A DNA stretch of 64,000 bases from contig OZ246423.1 in NCBI GenBank assembly GCA_965231215.1, forward strand, positions 704,001-768,000, in the 5' to 3' direction. Below are positions 58,395 to 64,000 of this stretch, in pieces. The DNA is from Candidatus Altimarinota bacterium. GTDB lineage: Bacteria > Patescibacteriota > Gracilibacteria > UBA4473. Under the pieces are notes generated by a model. That model did no database searches. It had not been told where the DNA came from and saw nothing but the letters and a program-made list of their open reading frames with translations. Both the position numbers and the translations under genes were made by a program. Numbering within the stretch: position 1 is the first letter of the stretch; every line of letters begins with the position of its first letter.

Positions 58395-60362
58395 ATGAAA
58401 AGAATTTGGTCAATACTTTTTGCCCTTTTAGCACCTGTAGTGGGTTTTGCAGCCACATTACCGGAGGCGAATTTTAGTATTACGCCGGCCAAGGGGAGTC
58501 TGCATACAGAATTTGTGATTGATGCCAGTCTTTCACGGAATACCAGCGGCCTCAAAACGGGGCTTAAATATCAGTTCAAAGTGGCCCCTAATGAGCCTCG
58601 AACCCCTTTTCAGGCGAACCCGGTTTATCGGTTTACTCCGAAACAAACGGGAACTTTTAGAGCTCAAATGCTAGTGTTAGATCCAAGCGGAGGCATTACT
58701 ACTACTTTCCGAACCTACCGAGTAACACAATCGACAAATCGATCCATTCGGATAAAGACCTCAAATACAGATCCAAACAAAGGCGAAGCGGTTGAATTTG
58801 AGGTGATTGTTCTTGGAGAAAATGGATTAGATAGGAACGCTTTCAAAGTTCGTTGGGACTATAACTCTGATGGCATTTTTGAAACAAACTTCCAACCAGG
58901 CTTAACGGGCAGTTTTGTCTACCAGGTCGGATCATCTTCTCCTACGGTAGAGGTAAAGTTTCCAGATGGAGAGATTCTAAGAACTCGAGGGATTCAGTCT
59001 TCCGTTCGCGATAGGTTTACAAGAAATCGTTTGACTAATCGTGACAAAACGCCGATTAGAACTACCTCTAGTTCTCTTGCATACCCAATATTGGATGTAA
59101 GTCCAGGGAATAAGGTTACGGATGAAAATACCAGCTTTACTTTTGATGGAAGCAAAACTCAGCTTGGTTCTGGAGGGTGGCTAGAATGGCATATTGATGG
59201 TCAAAAAGTGATTAAAGATAAAAAAATAATCCAGCACAAATTTAGCTCTCCGGGCACGCATCAAGTACGGCTTCTCAATTGTTTCAATCGTGCCGAACCA
59301 ATCTGTACAGAATCTACCACTGAAGTAGAAATCAAACCAGACCCAACAGACAATATTGTAGATATCAAGTGGGCCAATTTGGTAGACCACTACCGGCCGC
59401 CGTTTGCTCAGGACTTTGTGAAAGCCACAGTCAGTGACCGGATCCGATATACCGCACAAATGATTGGGTACAATTTCCCAGGGCAACGATGGGAATATCG
59501 ATGGGATTTTAATGGTGATGGGTGGTGGGATACGGTGTTTTCTCAATCTCCTGTAGCGGAATACACTTATCCGCATGCAGGGGAGATGGAGGCGGTAGTA
59601 CAGGCAAAACCTTCTTTTGGGTTTAGCGATATTGGGTACGTAGAAAAAGCCATTCCGGTTTTTATCCAAAAAAACCTCGCCCCAAAAGGAACTTTTAGCC
59701 CCCGAAATTCGGAAAATTTTGTAGGCGATCGAGTATTTTTTGAAGCTGATTTATATGACTTTCAATCCCCACATCAAGTGGAAATTCGGTTTGATTCAGA
59801 CGCAGATGGGATCTGGGATAGTGATTTTAGACGTCAAAAATCCTGGTGGTGGGAGTATGATGTTCCAGGGACGTATGAAGTTCGGATGCAACTACGTGAT
59901 CCACAGAAAAAAGTATTTGAAACCAAACGCCTTATTGAAATTAGCCCAGCACCAGATCCGGTAGCGTATGTAAAAGTATCAGATAAATCTCTGCCAGTTG
60001 GCAAAAGCTTTACAATGGATGGAAGTAACAGCCTTGGAAGAAATCTAAACTTTGAATGGAAAATACTGGATGGACCAGTGAATACACGTCAGCAAAGATT
60101 TGGACAGAGAACGAGTTTCAGGTTTAACACTCCAGGAAAATACACAGTCTGTTTAGCGGTGACTGATAAAACTGGGAAAAGTGACCAGATTAATTTTCCT
60201 ATCTGGGTTACCGAAGCTCAAACGACCCCAAGTGTAGCAAAGTCACCTGTAGCGACACCCCCCAAAACCGCTCCAGTTCAAAATCTAAGTCCATACCAAA
60301 TAGTTACGGGATACAGTAAACCACAAAAACCCTTTCTCACTAACATGCGGCCTGGATGGTAG
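58395..60362 (+). CDS. Secreted multi-PKD-domain protein
   Basis: Signal peptide; repeated WDYNSDG/WDFNGDG/FDSDADG and F..PG.Y.V.L motifs. Confidence 0.85.
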   Translation: MKRIWSILFALLAPVVGFAATLPEANFSITPAKGSLHTEFVIDASLSRNTSGLKTGLKYQFKVAPNEPRTPFQANPVYRFTPKQTGTFRAQMLVLDPSGGITTTFRTYRVTQSTNRSIRIKTSNTDPNKGEAVEFEVIVLGENGLDRNAFKVRWDYNSDGIFETNFQPGLTGSFVYQVGSSSPTVEVKFPDGEILRTRGIQSSVRDRFTRNRLTNRDKTPIRTTSSSLAYPILDVSPGNKVTDENTSFTFDGSKTQLGSGGWLEWHIDGQKVIKDKKIIQHKFSSPGTHQVRLLNCFNRAEPICTESTTEVEIKPDPTDNIVDIKWANLVDHYRPPFAQDFVKATVSDRIRYTAQMIGYNFPGQRWEYRWDFNGDGWWDTVFSQSPVAEYTYPHAGEMEAVVQAKPSFGFSDIGYVEKAIPVFIQKNLAPKGTFSPRNSENFVGDRVFFEADLYDFQSPHQVEIRFDSDADGIWDSDFRRQKSWWWEYDVPGTYEVRMQLRDPQKKVFETKRLIEISPAPDPVAYVKVSDKSLPVGKSFTMDGSNSLGRNLNFEWKILDGPVNTRQQRFGQRTSFRFNTPGKYTVCLAVTDKTGKSDQINFPIWVTEAQTTPSVAKSPVATPPKTAPVQNLSPYQIVTGYSKPQKPFLTNMRPGW

Positions 60363-60397
60363 AATAATTAAAAGAACAAGAAAGTGTCCCAAACATA

Positions 60398-60534
60398 AAA
60401 CTCGTCATGATCATGAGAGTTTAATACAGCAGGGGTTTCATAACTTGTACTGTAGGGCTTTAGGGACCCTCATGCTGGTAAAGGGTTTGAAAAAATAAAC
60501 CCCAGGAGCAAAGCTGAAAGAATTTTGTTGTATT
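60398..60534 (+). ncRNA. Candidate structured RNA (short hairpin plus about 112-nt rod)
   Basis: AAUACAGCAGGG pairs with UUUUGUUGUAUU (G-U pairs favour the + strand); inner UUUCA/UGAAA and GACCCU/AGGGUU helices. Confidence 0.35.
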
Positions 60535-60566
60535 TAGACCGGGTTACTACGAAAGTAAAATCTATT

Positions 60567-61229
60567 TTATAAAAAGTGCCTTTGCAAATAATCGACTAAT
60601 TTTTCTGCTTGAGCTTCAACCGAGTCTACTATTTTTAGCTGGGGGAATTTTTTTTCTATAGGGAGTTTTAAAACATGGTAGTGAGTGCAGCCGAGGATAA
60701 GCGTATCAATATTTTTTTGTATAAGAGCTTCAATTTTTTCAGTCCAGTAGGCTTCGCATTCTGTAGAGGAGGCTTCACCATTTTCTATCCAGGGAACGAG
60801 TTTAGGCGTGGGTTCGGAGAAAAGTAGGTGGTTACTGCTTAAATTTTTCATTTCACGGTCATATTTTTTCGAAGCTACTGTGTGCTTAGTGGCGATTAAT
60901 CCAATGCGTCCATCTGAGTTTTCTATGGCTACTTCAATGGCGGGAATAAGGCATCCTAAAATACGTTTTCCCCTATATTTAATTTGGAGTTTTCTCAGAG
61001 CATCACTACAAGCGGTGTTGCAAGCTAGGAGAATTAAATCACAATTTTGAGCCCATAGTTTTTGAAGGCCTTGTTCGGTAAGATTGAAAACTATTTCAGG
61101 TGTTTTGTTGCCGTAAGGGGCATTTTGGTGATCACAAAAAATTTCATATGTATGTTCTGGAAGTTTTTTAGAAATTACTTCCAGGGCGAATTTGCCTCCC
61201 ATTCCTGAATCAAATATCCCTATCTTCAT
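60567..61229 (-). CDS. murI: Glutamate racemase
   Basis: IFDSGMGG, PYGNK, ACNTA, LGCTHY. Confidence 0.95.
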   Translation of the reverse strand: MKIGIFDSGMGGKFALEVISKKLPEHTYEIFCDHQNAPYGNKTPEIVFNLTEQGLQKLWAQNCDLILLACNTACSDALRKLQIKYRGKRILGCLIPAIEVAIENSDGRIGLIATKHTVASKKYDREMKNLSSNHLLFSEPTPKLVPWIENGEASSTECEAYWTEKIEALIQKNIDTLILGCTHYHVLKLPIEKKFPQLKIVDSVEAQAEKLVDYLQRHFL

Positions 61230-61231
61230 GT

Positions 61232-61356
61232 TATAAAGTTATGAAAAAGGGCGAATTTCTTTGTCGCCCAAAAAAGTTTGCGGACGTGTATAAAAAATAC
61301 ACTTACCTGTGCGCCTTTTTTACTTCCTTGAACTGCTGCTCTTTGACAACTTTCTA
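61232..61356. mobile_element. ERIC/MITE-like palindromic element
   Basis: About 125 bp, TA-flanked, imperfect terminal repeats AAAGTT..AACTTT, central GTGTAT-aaaaa-ATACAC hairpin. Confidence 0.4.
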
Positions 61357-61377
61357 TTACTTGGTTTGGCTTCATGT

Positions 61378-63036
61378 TTAGTCTTCTTTTAGTAAAGTAA
61401 CCAGCTGTAATTGTACCGAAGTTTCACCGTTCCAGGTATTTTCTTTGGCCTGTACCAAGAGGGTGTAGACAGTGCCTTCTTTAAGTTTTGCTACGATTTC
61501 TTCAGCAAAGAAGGCGACCATATTTACGTGATCTCCTTGATGAGTAAAGGTGGCACGAATATGGTTTTGATCCTGTCCCATATACCCCCAAGAAATAAGT
61601 TTCATATTTTGAAGGCCAAAGACAGGATGGGGGTTTTCAGCCCCAAATGGAGCGAGCTTTTTTTGTGATTCAAGCCAGGATTTATTCAACCATTTATGAG
61701 GGATAAAGGCTTCTAGCATATCTTCAGGCTCGGTGTCTTTTGGGACAACTGTATATCCTTTCAGAGCTTTCTTGAAAGTGTCTAAATTTTTAGGATCCAT
61801 CTGTAGGCCGGCTGCCTGGGCATGGCCGCCAAAATGTTCTAAGAATTGGGAATGGTCGGTTAAAATCTCAGTTATATGCGCACTCTTTGGGCTTCTGGCA
61901 GAACCGTGTACCTTAGCATCATTAAGTGTCAGAGCAATACAGGGTTTTTTGGTTTGGGTAGAAAAATGTCCGGCAATAAGCCCGAGTAGGCCGACAGACC
62001 AGGTTTCATGGAAAAACACATGCACCAGATCTTCGGAATTAACCTGGGCTTGAGCTGTTTTTATAGATTGTGTGGTAAGTTCACGTCGATAGAGATTGAG
62101 TTCTTGTAGATACTGGGCCTGATCAAATTGATGTTCAGGCGGACCAATAAAAAGCTGAAGCGCCTTCCCCACCTCCCCAATTCTGGAAGCAGCATTAAGG
62201 CAAGGGGCAATGGTAAAACCTATAGTTTCTTCATCTACAGAGCTCACATTGTGCAGTTTTAGAAGGTGCTTTAACCCTGACCAATGTGAATTTTGAAGGT
62301 GCTGTAAGCCCAAAATATTAAGGGTTCTAACTTCGCCAGATTGAGGCATGCAGTCGGCGGTTTGCCCTAGAGCCGCCAGTTCTAAATAAGGCGCTAAAAA
62401 GGCTTCAGCCTCTTCCAACCCCAGAGCCTTGGTAAGACCTTGCAGGAGTTTTAGTGCGACTCCAGCCCCAGATAAGTTTTTTTCTGGATAATTACACTTT
62501 TCCTGATTGGGATTAAGTATAGCAACAGCGGTTTTGGGAAATTTTTTAGGATCAGAAATATGGTGGTCTGTAATAATTACTTCCATTCCTTTTTGGGTTG
62601 CATATTCAACCTCTTGATAGTCATTTATACCACAATCACAGGTTAGGATGAGATTGGTTTGGGTCTGAGCAATTTCATCTATGTGGTAGGTTTTAAGGCC
62701 GTGAGAATCTTTGACTCTATCGGGAATGCGGTAAGAAACCTGTGCCCCAAGTCTTTTTAGTCCATCAAAAAGCATAACCGTACTCGTAATCCCATCGGTA
62801 TCAAAATCTCCAAAGATCATGATACGCTTACGGTCTTCTATCGCTTTTAAAATTCTCTGGACAGCTTTGTCCATGCCCCACATTTTTTGTGGGTCACAGA
62901 GGTGCTGAAAACCAGGATGCAAAAAAGCCTCCAACTCCTTTCCTCCAGCCCGTTCTTGGAGCATCATTTCCCATAGGTGTTCAGGGCTTTTAGGTCTAAA
63001 TTTGGGTTGCCAATTCATCATGATAATGGTAGACAT
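61378..63036 (-). CDS. recJ: Single-stranded DNA exonuclease RecJ
   Basis: GDFDTDG, TCDCG, TDHH, NAASR, GSARS, GGHAQAAG. Confidence 0.95.
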   Translation of the reverse strand: MSTIIMMNWQPKFRPKSPEHLWEMMLQERAGGKELEAFLHPGFQHLCDPQKMWGMDKAVQRILKAIEDRKRIMIFGDFDTDGITSTVMLFDGLKRLGAQVSYRIPDRVKDSHGLKTYHIDEIAQTQTNLILTCDCGINDYQEVEYATQKGMEVIITDHHISDPKKFPKTAVAILNPNQEKCNYPEKNLSGAGVALKLLQGLTKALGLEEAEAFLAPYLELAALGQTADCMPQSGEVRTLNILGLQHLQNSHWSGLKHLLKLHNVSSVDEETIGFTIAPCLNAASRIGEVGKALQLFIGPPEHQFDQAQYLQELNLYRRELTTQSIKTAQAQVNSEDLVHVFFHETWSVGLLGLIAGHFSTQTKKPCIALTLNDAKVHGSARSPKSAHITEILTDHSQFLEHFGGHAQAAGLQMDPKNLDTFKKALKGYTVVPKDTEPEDMLEAFIPHKWLNKSWLESQKKLAPFGAENPHPVFGLQNMKLISWGYMGQDQNHIRATFTHQGDHVNMVAFFAEEIVAKLKEGTVYTLLVQAKENTWNGETSVQLQLVTLLKED

Positions 63037-63065
63037 TTTTGGGCCAAAGGCGATTTAATTTTACA

Positions 63066-63962
63066 ATGAAAGTGCACGTATATGATTTTCGATGGAATGA
63101 TGAAAAATCTTTTGAATTTCAGGCTTCAAAAGATCAACGGTTTGGAGTGAAGAAATTACAAATAGGAGACACGCTTTCACTTCGCGTAATCAGTGATCTT
63201 AGTTGTGCTGGATCTCGAAGAGACGGAAATTGGCAGCCTTGTCCAGATCAAGTTCAGGGAAAGAAAAAATGTGAAGTATGTCGAAACCGCGAAGGAAATT
63301 TTGTTATTACTTCGTTTGATGGATTTAATACTGATATTTTTACACCAGAAGATTTAGCCAGGCTGGATGGAGATCACTGGGTGTATCTTGCCTTGTTTGA
63401 TACTCATGCTCAGAAAGTGGGAGTTTCTAAAGCGGAACGAAAAGTCCTGCGTCAAATAGAGCAAGGGTCCCATCAAACACTCTATATTGCTAAAACGCCA
63501 AATGGGATTTTAGCCAGACAGATAGAAACCTGTTTTAGAAATTCAGGATTAGCCGATAAGCTTCAGGCTTCAACCAAAAAAGATTTTTTATGTCCCGAGG
63601 TGCCCCCTGAAACTGGAGAAGCTTCACTTCGGGCAACCTTTGAAGCACACAAAAATAGCGTCTCTGATTTTCCACAACTTCAACCCTACCTTCTCGAAAA
63701 ACCAGAGTTTATTGATTGGTCAGACCATTTTGGGATTAACTATGTAAACCAAAGTGATAAAAGTTTTCATAACGTTAAGTTAAAAAAAGATGAATCAGTA
63801 TCCGGCCGTATTGTTGCAGTTAAAGGGCCATTCCTTATTCTGGAAACAGATACAGAGTTAGTGGCTTTGTGTGCTAAAGATTTAATGGGAAGAATGGTTG
63901 ATTTTGATCCATTACCAGCAGGGCTCACGCTTAATTCAGCTTTCCAAGGTGCTTTATTCTAA
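63066..63962 (+). CDS. DUF2797-family protein
   Basis: Cys cluster, HWVYLA..KVGVS..RQIEQG, G.IVAVKG. Confidence 0.75.
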   Translation: MKVHVYDFRWNDEKSFEFQASKDQRFGVKKLQIGDTLSLRVISDLSCAGSRRDGNWQPCPDQVQGKKKCEVCRNREGNFVITSFDGFNTDIFTPEDLARLDGDHWVYLALFDTHAQKVGVSKAERKVLRQIEQGSHQTLYIAKTPNGILARQIETCFRNSGLADKLQASTKKDFLCPEVPPETGEASLRATFEAHKNSVSDFPQLQPYLLEKPEFIDWSDHFGINYVNQSDKSFHNVKLKKDESVSGRIVAVKGPFLILETDTELVALCAKDLMGRMVDFDPLPAGLTLNSAFQGALF

Positions 63963-64000
63963 TGAAAACAGTAGAAATTCAGGCTACAGGTAAACGAACC
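63962..64000 (+). CDS. Start of next gene (truncated by the window edge)
   Basis: TAATG overlap; MKTVEIQATGKRT. Confidence 0.5.
   Translation, partial: MKTVEIQATGKRT

Noticed and set aside
1815-62053. Many short antisense or overlapping ORFs in the track (e.g. 4275-4703, 6294-6767, 21987-22178, 49499-49936, 59181-59669)
   Set aside because: Shadows of well-supported genes or of rnpB, with no motifs.
1-64000. Genetic code 25 (UGA=Gly) as in some Gracilibacteria
   Set aside because: Conserved genes are full length under code 11 and TGA ends genes in ATGA overlaps (23047, 36043, 46991).

Overview
64-kb chromosomal segment of a low-GC bacterium. Gene content and style suggest Patescibacteria/CPR, probably Gracilibacteria/Peregrinibacteria-like (inference): short AlaRS without C-Ala, UvrD-nuclease fusion, Trm11-like methylase, DUF4012, PKD and lamin-tail surface proteins, scrambled operons, no obvious Shine-Dalgarno sites, many apparently leaderless starts. 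TGA is read as stop (code 11). Most of the window is housekeeping: murJ, RluA family, alaS, jag, dprA, PMM, pyrF, fusA, rmlD/rmlB, rnpB, dnaG, smpB, radA, valS, rbfA, rdgB, pyrH, gpmI, murI, recJ, tRNA-Asn and tRNA-Thr. These are interspersed with divergent orphan enzymes. Highlights: (1) a complete ribosome-mediated attenuator upstream of valS (promoter, leader peptide MRQPFVVVVNV, antiterminator, terminator); (2) a similar terminator/antiterminator switch before alaS whose antiterminator overlaps the jag stop codon; (3) a divergent plsX-gpsA pair, each apparently carrying an internal domain duplication, plus a sterol-desaturase-family gene, in a lineage thought to lack lipid synthesis; (4) a serine recombinase relic at tRNA-Asn; (5) two candidate structured RNAs and small MITE/REP-like elements. 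No CRISPR array, rRNA or intact mobile element was seen. All family calls come from motif recognition by eye; no database search was run.
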